64,000 nucleotides of DNA, taken from an uncultured Actinomycetes bacterium (GTDB taxonomy: Bacteria; Actinomycetota; Thermoleophilia; RBG-16-64-13). This document shows positions 29,919 to 40,135 of this stretch, piece after piece. Where the stretch lies: NCBI GenBank assembly GCA_963841735.1, contig CAWJDT010000001.1, positions 1,504,001-1,568,000 on the forward strand, in the 5' to 3' direction. The notes beneath the pieces were generated by a model. It was not told the DNA's origin. It ran no database searches and saw only the letters and a program-made list of their open reading frames with translations. The translations under genes were made by a program, and so were the position numbers. Numbering within the stretch: position 1 is the first letter of the stretch; every line of letters starts with the position of its first letter.

Positions 29919-32900
29919 ATGAGTGAGTACGCTTGCTTCTGGCACCCCCAGCAGAAGGGTCCCTCACTGGATGACCGGTGCCCGCTTTGCGAGAGGCCGT
30001 ATCGTCGGCCTATTGAGACGCGATATCTCCCAGAATCAATAAATGGATTCATGGTTGAGAGCGGCTTGGGTCGCGGCTTCTACAGTGCGGTCTTCGGCGT
30101 GCGCCGTGCCAATCGTTCAACCCGGTTTGCCATGAAGGTGATTCCTGTGGACTTCTACCGGCCGCGCTCCGAAGGAGGGATAAAGCCTGACGGAAAGAGC
30201 ATTGAGCAAGAGATAGAGATCCACGAACAGCTGTCAAAACTCCCAGCTGTTGCTAGCTATGTGGATGATGGGGTTGGCACGATTGAGTTCGATGGCGTTC
30301 CAATCGAATGCTACTGGATTCAGATGGAACTTGCTGAAGGGCCTACCCTGGGTGAGTTGCTAGAAGACGCGCCATCATCCGCGAAGCAGGTCGCACAGAT
30401 CGGATTGGATCTGCTGTCAATCCTGTCGATGCTAAATGACTTGGGCGAACATCATAATGACCTTCATCCGGGCAACATCATCGTGACGTCTTTGGGGCAG
30501 GCAAGAAGATTCGGGGCTATCGAGCCCGATACCCAGGTGAAAGTGCTCGACTGGGGGTCAAGTGCGGATGTCTCACGGTCAGATAACGAGCCCGACAATC
30601 CCGGGGACGTGCGGCAAGTCTCGGCGCACATATTGGATCTGCTGGACGCCCTCGCGAGATCAGGGCTCCGTGAAGACACACAGCAGTTGAACTCCGACTA
30701 TCGTTTTGCCTCTAGCCTCTACAGCCTCTTCTTGTCGTACGGCCGCAAGGACTTGATGCACCCGCTGAGCGCCGAAGACGTGCAAGAAGACATGCAGATT
30801 GCCTATCAGCGCTCGAAGAACCCAGGGTTCACTCCGCAGGGCTTGTCCTCAGTTGCTTCCCACTACAATGCGACCACTCTGGATGCGGCACTCGTTCAAA
30901 GGTTGCTGGTCGATCCGGGGGGAGAATGGGAGCGAGTGACGAGCGATCCCGGACCGCTTGTCATCACTGGCATGCGGGGGTGCGGTAAGACTCATCTTCT
31001 CAAGTCCTTCTGGTGGAAGGCACGGCTTCAGGCCTTGACGCCCAGGGCGCGGCACCAGTTGATCTCCCGGAGCGCCTCCTGAAAGATCCATTCGTCGGAT
31101 TCTACGTGACTTGCGACTTTCTGAGCCGCGCGAGAAGCACATCGAGGCTGAGCTTGCTCGTTTTGGCGTATGCGTACGATGCTCTGGAGGCCTTGGATTG
31201 GACCACCGCCCTCGGGGATTCGCACATCGACTACGGACAACTTGGTGGATTGGTGGACACGCTGGTCCGACTCATACCATGGTATGAACCACCACGTCGG
31301 CGTGAGTCAGTTACGGCGATACTGGATAGCATCAAGCGGGCGATATATGTGAGTCCGGCGGATTCGAAAACTGATGTTGACAGGGGAGCTTTTGAGCAAC
31401 TGGCTGCCGCCGTTACGCCACTTGTTGACTTTTGGAACAACAAGAGGGTTTTGTTCTTGTTGGATGATGTATCACGTCATCTAACCCCGACTGAGACCTT
31501 CGAGCTATTCGACCAAGCGCTTGTGCCACATGCGATGTACGCCTTCAAAGTCTCAGCAGAGACTCTGACTATGGAGATACACTCGCCAGGAGGTCCGCCG
31601 GCCTTGAGCGGGCGAGACTATCGCGTATTCGACCTGGGTCAGCTCGTCCTGGACAAGCTCGGTGGTTCTCAAGGGGTTGAGTTCGTTGACACCGTGCTGT
31701 ACGTCCGCGCGACATGCGTTGATGGACCCCAAGAGAGACCACGATACGTTCTGGGCACTAACCCGCTTGTGTCGATTGCGCGTCGTATTGGTGATCCCGC
31801 TGGTAGCCACGACGACATTTACTGGGGTATCAACGCTCTGGCCGCCATGTGCTGCGGGGACATCGGAGACATCATCCTACTGTACTCACGGATCACCAAT
31901 CCAAGGTCAATGGACAAGGCCCCTGAATTGCCGCTTGAGTCCAGGCACCAGCACAAGGTGATCGTCGAGTTTGCCAAGGCCAAGCTGAAGAACCTTTATT
32001 ATCAGCGCGATGGAGAGCGTATGCATCGTCACGCGATTGAGTTCGCCAAAGCGTCGCACTTGAAGCTCGGTCTTGACAAACCCGGAGCGCGACCATCGCA
32101 ATATGGTGAGATACAGCTTGACCTTTCGAAACTCGCGCCAGCAGAGGAGGCTGAGGTCAAGACCCTCGCGACCGAGCTTGTGCAGCACGGTGTGTTCGTT
32201 GTAGAGCCCGAGGTGCAGCGCTCCAAAGCGAGTCAGGCATCGATCGCTTTGGAGGGTCCAAGGACTCAACTCAGGCTGATGTTTACGAAGATCCTGGGAC
32301 TTGGTCACCTTATTCCGCTTGGACGCCGTGGCAGATTCGAGTTACCGTACAGGGGATATGGGATTCTCGAGTGGTTGAAAGAACCCTCGGCCGAAAGACT
32401 CCTGCCTGCTGCTGTGGAAGAGGACGCCGGGCCCGAGATCGGGGAGGACGCCGCAGATTCCTCCGGATCCGAAGGCCGTTCGGAGCTGGAGGTGCCGATC
32501 GGTACACTCAGAAACGCAGACAGACAGCTCATGATGAGTTTCGCCTCGGATCGCTCTCCCGCTTCTTCTTCTACCGCAGATCAGGGGGGGTCTCTTGTTC
32601 CATTGGTGGAAGCTCGGGAATTGCGCGATTGGCTCAAGGAGGTCGACTGGCCGACGACCGGGTATATCGGTGCCTTCGGATTCGAAGACCGCAGCGTAGG
32701 TGTTTGGAGGTACTTCCAGCGCCATGGCGTCGCACCTCTGCGAGCCACTATGGTCGAGTACGATAGGCCCGGCAAACGGGCCGACATTGAGGCCGTCTTG
32801 GCTGAGCTTGATTGCCCGTGGACATCGGCGAAGCGTGATGAAGAACAGGGAGCCGCGGAGAGCTATGCCCTGTTTGCTCGCCGTCTACTTGTCGGCGCAG

Positions 32901-33619
32901 AAAGCTGCGCACATCTCCTGATCGACACCACTGCGCTCACAAAGCCGCTCATATACGAACTAGTCAGACAGAGCCTCTCAATCATGGGCCCCACATTGGT
33001 GCTTCATGCCTCTGCCCAATTCTATCCTCCTTCGGACAGCGATTTGGCTGCTGTCCTGCCTTTGGAGGAAAGCGACGTACGCCGAGAACTTGATCGGATG
33101 GTTGGCGGAGAACAGGGGCCGTTCACTTTTGAAACGGTCGCAGATCAACCTCGAGACCCTGGAGCCCCCAATGTCCTGGTCGCATTCATTCCTCTGAAGT
33201 TTCGGCGTGTAGAGACGATCCTGGCGGACCTCAATCCAACTGTGATAGAAGCCATAGCCAGCATGCACTCGAGCGGAGAAAAGGCAGTCCGTTCGGTGGT
33301 CGGTCGTCTTCTGGCTGATGGGTACAGTACGGCTCATGGAGGTGAGACACACGAGTGCGGGGCACTAGATATCTCGGCCACCTACTCCCTACTGCGAGAT
33401 CTGTATCGGCGTCATGCTCTCGAGCAAGGACACAACTTCGACCTGTCGCTCACTGGCAGCAAATTGCACACGGTTGCGACTGCCATGATGGCTTGGGCGC
33501 AGCCAGTGAGTGGGGTCTACTACAGCAGGCCATCGGACTATAACGAGAGCGCCTTCAGCATGGGTACTGGTGAGATCCAGTGCTATCGTCTGATTCCGTC
33601 CCGCAACGGGACGACCTAG
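29919..33619 (+). CDS. Zn-finger / Ser-Thr kinase / P-loop ATPase / Rossmann (CARF-like) fusion, split by a 1-base frameshift near 31035
   Basis: CFWHP..CPLC; GRGFYSAV, AMKV, HNDLHPGN, LDWG kinase motifs; Walker A GMRGCGKT in ORF 29919-31082 and Walker B LFLLDD in ORF 31013-33619; C-terminal GFEDRS, IDTTALTK, SLTGSKLH. Confidence 0.78.
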
Positions 33620-33694
33620 CTAGGCGGCTCGTCAGGAGCGACGGGGCCGACGAGACAAAGTCCGGTTGAACTTTCCCGAGTTCAGCGGCTAACC

Positions 33695-33957
33695 TGTATC
33701 CCCAGTGGGGCGGTCGTAGCCAGCTTGCCCTCGAAGCGCGATGCTCTGCTCCACCAGGTCGCGGTCGTGTCGCAGATGGGCGAGCAAGGCCCGGCGCCAC
33801 TCCGCGCCCTTCTCATGCGCCGCCTGGGCGGCCGCGTAGCCCACGACGTTCACGCGCGGGACGATCCTCTCATCGCCCGGGCGAAGGCAGCCCGCAGCCT
33901 TGCGTCGGAGATGACCGCGAACGAACAACCCAGCCCCGGCGTGTTGAAGGTCTTGCT
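33695..33957 (-). pseudogene. Decayed internal fragment of the PatB aminotransferase gene
   Basis: Clearly homologous to ~43860-44139 (SKTFNTPGLGCSFAVI...HDRDLVEQS). Confidence 0.85.
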
Positions 33958-34020
33958 GGTCCATCTCCCAAGGTGGGACCCCGTGCCTCATGACCACGCC
34001 CGCCTGGTGCGCGTCGCCAC

Positions 34021-34080
34021 CCGCGCCCAGACTAGCGCCCCGCGCCCCCGCACGGCCGGTCAGAACAGCACCAGATCTTG
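34021..34080 (-). repeat. Boundary repeat R, copy 4 (inverted)
   Basis: Minus strand reads CAAGATCTGGTGCTGTTCTGACCGG...CTAGTCTGGGCGCGG. Confidence 0.7.
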
Positions 34081-34248
34081 CCCCCCGCTCCTAGGGCCCC
34101 TGCTCCTCGGCCCCCTGCCCCTCGCACCTACTGCTCCCGGGCCACCCGACCGTCCGCGGCACCGCCGGTTAGTCCGCCCCCACGACGCGGTATCTAACAG
34201 GTGTCACTGAAGGGCGTCACAGCACCCCGCCGCCTCACGGAGGTCGCC

Positions 34249-34600
34249 ATGCAGACACGCACACTGGGGAGCGCCGGACCGCGGGTATCCGTGGTCGGGC
34301 TGGGGTGCAACAACTTCGGCGCCAAACTGGACCAGCGTCAGACCACCGCCGTGGTGCACGCCGCCCTCGATGCCGGCATCACCCACTTCGACACCGCCGA
34401 GAGCTACGGGGGCGGGCAGTCGGAGGTGTTCCTGGGCAAGGCGCTGGGTGGCAGGCGGGAGTCGGTGGTGGTGGCCACCAAGTTCCAGGATCGACCGAAG
34501 GGCGAGCCCTACCGGCCGGGGATACTGCGCAGGCGCTCCTGCAGCTGCAGGAGCGGGCAAGGTGGTGCAGGTGGGCGGCGCCAATCTCCACCTGTGGTTT
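34249..34600 (+). pseudogene. Truncated duplicate of the aldo/keto reductase gene
   Basis: 34246-34536 is almost identical to 35518-35808, then jumps at AGGCGC to a diverged copy of ~35915-35965. Confidence 0.9.
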
Positions 34601-34803
34601 ATGCTCTCACGGGCGCCTGCCGGCGAGTGGTAATCTGCGCCGCGCGATGGGACGATCACCGTTGGGGACGTGCGTCTGGAGCGCGAGAACATCGGCGACG
34701 CAGAGGCAGATGTCCGAGTTCGACGGGACCCCGAAGCGCAGCGTGACATGTGGCCGATAATCATGTAATCTGATTATATGAGGCTACCGCAAGGAGTTGT
34801 CAG

Positions 34804-35073
34804 ATGCCCGACGTCACCGTGACCAAAGTCGCACGTAACTTCGCCGAGTATGTCAATCGTGTTGCCTACCGGCGAGAGTCGTTCACGCTCGTGCGCGGGA
34901 ACAAGCCGCTTGCCGAGTTGCGTCCGCTGCCGGCTGGGATCTGTCTTTCTGAGCTGCCTGGCTTGTTTGCCTCGCTGCCTCGGCTGTCTGTGACCGAAGC
35001 CGATCTATTCGCTGTCGACCTTGAGACCGCTCGTGGCGAACTCGGCGAGGCGGGCGATGCATGGGAGTCCTGA
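34804..35073 (+). CDS. Phd/YefM-type antitoxin (VapB role)
   Basis: VTVTKVARNFAEYVNRV..ESFTLVRGNKPLAELRP; ATAATCA..TGATTAT inverted repeat upstream. Confidence 0.85.
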   Translation: MPDVTVTKVARNFAEYVNRVAYRRESFTLVRGNKPLAELRPLPAGICLSELPGLFASLPRLSVTEADLFAVDLETARGELGEAGDAWES

Positions 35074-35468
35074 TCGACGCCAGCATCCTCATAGAGGCTG
35101 AGCGTGGACGCCTCGATCTTGGGCCTCACGTCGCTCGCCGCGGAGACGAGGACGCTTTCCTCTCTGTGGTCACTGCGAGCGAACTGCTTCACGGCGTGCA
35201 TCGGGCGACCGACCCTGATATCCGAGCCAGACGGGCCGCCTTTGTCGAGGCGGTGCTTGAACGTTTCCAGTTGCTCTCGGTCGATCTAGCCTGCGCCCGC
35301 GCCCATGCCCGGCTGTGGGCCGAGATGCGTCAGACCGGTGCGCTCATTGGCCCGCATGACTTGTGGCTGGCCGCGAGCTGCTTGGCTCACGGACTGACAA
35401 TGGTCACGGGCAACGTCCGCGAATTCGCGCGCGTGCCGGGGCTCGATCTTGAGGTATGGGCAGACTGA
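35061..35468 (+). CDS. vapC: PIN-domain toxin
   Basis: LIDASILI, VTASEL, GPHDLWLAA, VTGNVREFARVPGL. Confidence 0.92.
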   Translation: MGVLIDASILIEAERGRLDLGPHVARRGDEDAFLSVVTASELLHGVHRATDPDIRARRAAFVEAVLERFQLLSVDLACARAHARLWAEMRQTGALIGPHDLWLAASCLAHGLTMVTGNVREFARVPGLDLEVWAD

Positions 35469-35520
35469 GGTGTGGGTCTCGTCGAACTTGCTCATCGGTA
35501 CTGAGGCTGATCACTAGGCC

Positions 35521-36450
35521 ATGCAGACACGCACACTGGGGAGCGCCGGACCGCGGGTATCCGTGGTCGGGCTGGGGTGCAACAACTTCGGCGCCAAACT
35601 GGACCAGCGTCAGACCACCGCGGTGGTGCACGCCGCCCTCGATGCCGGCATCACCCACTTCGACACCGCCGAGAGCTACGGGGGCGGGCAGTCGGAGGTG
35701 TTCCTGGGCAAGGCTCTGGGTGGCAGGCGGGAGTCGGTGGTGGTGGCCACCAAGTTCCAGGATCGACCGAAGGGCGAGCCCTACCGGCCGGGGATACTGC
35801 GCAGGCGCATCGTCGAGGGCTGCGACCTCAGTCTCGGCCGGCTGGGCACCGACTACATCGACCTCTACTACCAGCATCATCCCGATCCGGAGGCGCCCGT
35901 GGAGGAGGCCCTGGAGGCGCTCATGCATCTGCAGGAGTCGGGCAAGGTGGTGCACGTGGCCTGCTCCAACTTCGACTCGGCGCTCGTGGAGGAGGCGGTG
36001 GCTGTCGCCCGCAGGCTGGGCTTCCCGGGGTTCGTGGCCGATCAGATCCACTGGAACCTCCTTTCCCGCGACGTGGAGGCCGGGACGGTGCCGGCGCTCC
36101 GCAAGCACGGCCTGGGCATCGTGCCCTTCTTCCCTCTGGAGGCGGGTCTGCTCACGGGCAAGTACGTGCAGGGGGAGGAGTGGCCCGAGGGCTCCCGGCT
36201 GGCGACCAACCCCCGTTATGCCGGTTTGGCCACCAGGGAGAACCTCGCGCACGTTCAAGATCTGGTCGTCTTCTCCGCCGCTGCGGGACACAGTCTGCTG
36301 GAGCTGGCCTTCGGATGGTTGCTGGCGCAGGAAGGCGTGGCCTCGGTCATCGCCGGCGCCACCACCCCCGAGCAGGTGCTCGCCAACGTGCGGGCGGGGT
36401 GCGCCTGGCGGCTCTCAGAGAAGGAGATGGCGGCGGTGCCGGCGAGGTAG
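35521..36450 (+). CDS. Aldo/keto reductase
   Basis: [41 protein letters not shown]. Confidence 0.93.
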   Translation: MQTRTLGSAGPRVSVVGLGCNNFGAKLDQRQTTAVVHAALDAGITHFDTAESYGGGQSEVFLGKALGGRRESVVVATKFQDRPKGEPYRPGILRRRIVEGCDLSLGRLGTDYIDLYYQHHPDPEAPVEEALEALMHLQESGKVVHVACSNFDSALVEEAVAVARRLGFPGFVADQIHWNLLSRDVEAGTVPALRKHGLGIVPFFPLEAGLLTGKYVQGEEWPEGSRLATNPRYAGLATRENLAHVQDLVVFSAAAGHSLLELAFGWLLAQEGVASVIAGATTPEQVLANVRAGCAWRLSEKEMAAVPAR

Positions 36451-36597
36451 GGGGGCGCGGGGTACGCGTTACGCGCCGCCCGCAATGTCCGCCAAGGTCG
36501 GTCTTTGGTTTGGTGCCACGCCCCTCGAGTGGGCGGCAGTATGAGTCCCGCATGTCCCAGGACAGACTGCTCTTGTCCACGAGAGCATGCAAGATAC

Positions 36598-36628
36598 TTG
36601 ACGGAAACATCATATGACGCGATATACT
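36598..36628 (+). promoter_or_regulatory. Promoter/operator of the DUF4160 operon
   Basis: TTGACG ... TATACT (19-nt spacer, long) with TCATATGA palindrome in the spacer; same palindrome recurs at 55913. Confidence 0.5.
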
Positions 36629-36638
36629 GGAGCAGTCA

Positions 36639-36890
36639 ATGGCTCTCTTCCGGCTTGTGTGCGGTGGAGTAAGGGTCGAGGTCTGGGAGGTGGATCACGG
36701 GCCTCCGCATTGTCACGTGAGTGGACTGCATCAGGCGGGAACGGTCGTGGTGGATCTCGTCAGTCTGAGAGTCACCAAGCCGCCGGGGCTCTCGCTTCCC
36801 CCGTTGGTCAGGCGTTGCCTGCGGGACCATCAAGAGGACCTGCTTGAAGCATGGACCCGGGTCATCAGCTACCCGGAACAGAAGGAGTGA
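36639..36890 (+). CDS. DUF4160-family putative toxin
   Basis: DHGPPHCHV motif and EDLLEAW C-terminal motif. Confidence 0.8.
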   Translation: MALFRLVCGGVRVEVWEVDHGPPHCHVSGLHQAGTVVVDLVSLRVTKPPGLSLPPLVRRCLRDHQEDLLEAWTRVISYPEQKE

Positions 36891-36897
36891 CCATCCA

Positions 36898-37458
36898 GTG
36901 AGCACGAAGACCAGCCCTGAAGTGAGCTCCGTCGCTTATTCCGAGTTGGCGAGAGTGACTGAGGCTAAGTTCCTTGGACTCGACGCGGTGCTTTACGTCC
37001 TCTTCGGCGACGGGCTCGAGAGAGCGGTCCCTTGGACGAGCCTTCCCTTCGCCCGTGGGCTCGCGATGGAGCCGGCGACTGCCCGGGCGGGTCACGGTGG
37101 AGAGACTGTTGTGCTCGCAGACAAGACCGGCCGCGAGGTGAACGTGAGTGCCGAGAGTCTCAGAGCTGCGCTTGATGATCAGTACCGTGCGGCTCTTCGC
37201 CGCGCAGACGACGGCGAGCGCAGGCTGGTAGGGGCGAGGATACGCTCGGTCAGGGAAGGCGCCGGCTTCAGTCAGCTTGAGTTGTCGCGGCGCAGCGGCG
37301 TCGCCCAGGAGTCGCTCAGCAGAATAGAGACGGGCCACACCGATCCGCGTTTGGGCACTCTCCGGAAGGTGGCTCAGGGCATGGGGCTGTCGCTGAATCA
37401 ACTGCTGGAGCGGCTCACCCAGGACGAGATGGCGGCCACGCCAAAGCCGCTGGCTTGA
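36898..37458 (+). CDS. Putative antitoxin: DUF2442-like N-domain plus XRE HTH
   Basis: GTG with AAGGAG RBS; SQLELSRRSGVAQESLSRIETG..PRLGTL. Confidence 0.8.
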   Translation: MSTKTSPEVSSVAYSELARVTEAKFLGLDAVLYVLFGDGLERAVPWTSLPFARGLAMEPATARAGHGGETVVLADKTGREVNVSAESLRAALDDQYRAALRRADDGERRLVGARIRSVREGAGFSQLELSRRSGVAQESLSRIETGHTDPRLGTLRKVAQGMGLSLNQLLERLTQDEMAATPKPLA

Positions 37459-37485
37459 ACGCACCCGTGCTACGCTGAGTCGAGC

Positions 37486-38685
37486 ATGGGCAACGAAACG
37501 ACCACTCGACAGAAGTACCTCGGCAAAGCTGGACTCGTCATCTTCCTAGGAGCGATCGGCGCATTTCCCGCCCTCTCCACCGACATGTACCTGCCTGCGC
37601 TGCCCGACATGACCGCCTACTTCGGCGTGCCGGAGTATCAGACCAATCTGACGCTGATACTGTTCTTCATCTTCTATGCCGCGGCCCTGCTCATGTGGGG
37701 TCCGTTCAGCGATCGTTTCGGGCGGCGGCCTGTATTGCTAATAGGGATGAGTGCCTACGCGGTAGCGGGCGTGTTCTGCGCGCTCTCGCAGAGCATCTTC
37801 CAGCTCATGGCGTTCCGCGTGTTGCAGGCCATCGGAGCGGCGGCTGCCAGTACGGTGGCCACCGCTATCGTCAAAGACACCTACGAGGGGCGCAGGCGCG
37901 AGATCACTCTGGCCGTTGTGCAGTCGATGACGGTCTTTGCTCCTCTAATAGCGCCCATAATCGGGGGGCAACTCCTGCGGTTCACCTCTTGGCGGGGCGT
38001 GTTCGTCTTCCAGGCCTCCTGGGGTCTGCTGATGTTGATAGGCGCCGTCCTGTATCAGGAGACGCTGCGAGAGAAGCTGGTGGGCGGGGCGCTGGCCTCG
38101 CTCAAACGCCTGGGGGTGGTGCTCCAGAACCGGCACTTCGTGCTGATGCTGACGATCTTCACTTCGGTCAGCATCACTACCATGGCCTTCGTCGCTGCGT
38201 CCTCGTACATCTACCAGGTCACCTTCGGCACAAGTGAACAGACCTTCAGCTTCTTCTTCGCCATGGTCGGGGGGAGCGTCGCCCTTGGCCCACCTTTGTT
38301 CCTGCTGTTGTCGCGCTGGCTGAAGCGCACCACCATCATCACCGGTTGCCTGCTGATGATCCTGGTCGGCGGCGTGTTGGTGATGCTCATCGGCCCGCGG
38401 GGCCCTTGGGCGTTCATCCTGCCCTTGATGCCCGTCGCCGTCAGTCGTTCCTGCATGCGTCCTCCCGCCACATATCTCATGCTCGCGCAACACGAGGCCG
38501 ACGCTGGGTCGATGTCGGGCATCATCCTTTCGGCCCACATGGTGTTCGGGAGTGTGATCACCGTCATCGTATCTCTCAACATCTGGAACCGAGTGGAGCT
38601 GGTGGGCGCGGTGACAGCGGGCCTGGCCTTGTTCAGCGTGATCTTGTGGCTGGTCTTGGGGCTGCCCCGCGCGCGCGGTATCTAG
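37486..38685 (+). CDS. Bcr/CflA family MFS efflux transporter
   Basis: STDMYLPALP, GPFSDRFGRRP, about 12 TM segments. Confidence 0.92.
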   Translation: MGNETTTRQKYLGKAGLVIFLGAIGAFPALSTDMYLPALPDMTAYFGVPEYQTNLTLILFFIFYAAALLMWGPFSDRFGRRPVLLIGMSAYAVAGVFCALSQSIFQLMAFRVLQAIGAAAASTVATAIVKDTYEGRRREITLAVVQSMTVFAPLIAPIIGGQLLRFTSWRGVFVFQASWGLLMLIGAVLYQETLREKLVGGALASLKRLGVVLQNRHFVLMLTIFTSVSITTMAFVAASSYIYQVTFGTSEQTFSFFFAMVGGSVALGPPLFLLLSRWLKRTTIITGCLLMILVGGVLVMLIGPRGPWAFILPLMPVAVSRSCMRPPATYLMLAQHEADAGSMSGIILSAHMVFGSVITVIVSLNIWNRVELVGAVTAGLALFSVILWLVLGLPRARGI

Positions 38686-38830
38686 GTCTACTCCACCACC
38701 ACTCCGCAGCGGGCGACCATTCCTGCATCCACCTGGATCTCGGGCATGTCCGCGTCCCTTTCTGTCTCGCGCCTTGACTCCGGCCAACTCTATCGGGAGA
38801 GTCGCGGGTGGTCAATGACAGGCAAGGGTA

Positions 38831-38860
38831 TTGACTCGATGTATACACTCAGGGTATAGT
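38831..38860 (+). promoter_or_regulatory. Promoter for a probably leaderless padR transcript, with TATAC..GTATA inverted repeat
   Basis: TTGACT-18-TATAGT, ATG 7 nt downstream, no RBS. Confidence 0.65.
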
Positions 38861-38867
38861 GCACGGC

Positions 38868-39401
38868 ATGAGTGTTTCCTACGCATTGTTGGGCCTGCTT
38901 GACCAGCCGCCCCATCGGGGGAGTCACGGGTACGAACTGAAGAGGCAGTACGACCAGTTCTTTGGTCTTGGCAAGGCCCTGCCCTACGGACAGGTCTACA
39001 GCACTCTGGCCAGGTTGGTGCGCGACGGACGCATCTTGGAGGTGGGCAGCGCCCCCGGGGAGGGGCCGGAACGTCGGCTCTACGCTATCAGCGAGCAGGG
39101 CGAGCAGGACTTCGCCTCGTGGCTCGCGACGCCGGTGGTACCCGAGGCCGATCTGCAGAGCTTGCTGGCCATGAAGATGACCCTCGCCCTGCTACTCAAC
39201 CGCCCGGCCGACGCCTATCTGGATGCTCAGCGGCATGCGCATCTCGAGCGTATGCGCGAACTCACCGCCATGCGTCGGGAGGCGCCATTGGTGGACCAAC
39301 TGCTTATGGACCACGCGCTCTTTCATCTAGAAGCCGACCTGCGCTGGATAGACCTGACCACGGGTCGCCTGGACAACCTTGCCAAGGAGTTGAAACGATG
39401 A
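38868..39401 (+). CDS. PadR family regulator with C-terminal dimerisation domain
   Basis: HGYELK, GQVYSTLARL, YAISEQG, EADLRWID. Confidence 0.9.
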   Translation: MSVSYALLGLLDQPPHRGSHGYELKRQYDQFFGLGKALPYGQVYSTLARLVRDGRILEVGSAPGEGPERRLYAISEQGEQDFASWLATPVVPEADLQSLLAMKMTLALLLNRPADAYLDAQRHAHLERMRELTAMRREAPLVDQLLMDHALFHLEADLRWIDLTTGRLDNLAKELKR

Positions 39402-40135
39402 GCCACGCTGCCATCCTGTCGTGTGATGACGTCTATCGGTCGTTCGGCGCGACGCCGGCGCTGCGCGGCGTCGATTTCTGGGCCGAGGCCGGCGAGATAG
39501 TGGCCATCATGGGGCCTTCTGGCTCAGGCAAGTCGACGCTTCTGCATTGTCTGGCCGGCATCCTGGTGCCCGACAAGGGTGAGGTGCACTTCGCGGGTTG
39601 TCGGGTAGACAACCTGTCGGAGACGGCGCGAAGCAAGCTCCGTCGGGAGAAGTTCGGCTTCGTGTTCCAGTTTGGGCAACTGGTGCCCGAGCTTACGGCT
39701 GAAGAGAACATTGCCCTGCCCCTTCTTCTAGCCGACCGGTCTCGGGCCGACGCGTTCTCGGCGGCCGCGCCGTGGTTTGAGCGTCTGGGGCTGGAAGGTC
39801 TGCAAGGACGGCTGTCGAGCGAGTTATCAGGAGGGGAGGCGCAGCGCGTGGCCTTGGCGCGGGCGCTCACAGCGCGGCCCCAGGTGCTGTTTGCCGACGA
39901 GCCTACCGGCTCGCTGGATTCTCTTACAGGCGAGCAGGTCATGGACCTCTTGGTCGGAACGGCCAGAGAGCAAGGCACCACCGTGGTCATGGTCACCCAC
40001 GAACCTCGGGTGGCTGCCTATGCAGATAGGGAGGTCGTGGTACGGGATGGGCGTGCGACCGGACTTGGTCACGTTGCCGCGGCCCCGGGCGCCGGCGGCG
40101 CCGGCGCGCTGCAGTTCTGCGGAGACCCGGCGTGA
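39398..40135 (+). CDS. ABC transporter ATP-binding protein (LolD-like)
   Basis: [27 protein letters not shown]; ATGA overlap with padR. Confidence 0.92.
   Translation: MSHAAILSCDDVYRSFGATPALRGVDFWAEAGEIVAIMGPSGSGKSTLLHCLAGILVPDKGEVHFAGCRVDNLSETARSKLRREKFGFVFQFGQLVPELTAEENIALPLLLADRSRADAFSAAAPWFERLGLEGLQGRLSSELSGGEAQRVALARALTARPQVLFADEPTGSLDSLTGEQVMDLLVGTAREQGTTVVMVTHEPRVAAYADREVVVRDGRATGLGHVAAAPGAGGAGALQFCGDPA

Noticed and set aside
31013-31082. Programmed frameshift or two separate genes at the kinase/ATPase junction
   Set aside because: Walker A and B fall on opposite sides of the break and there is no slippery site; an indel is simpler.
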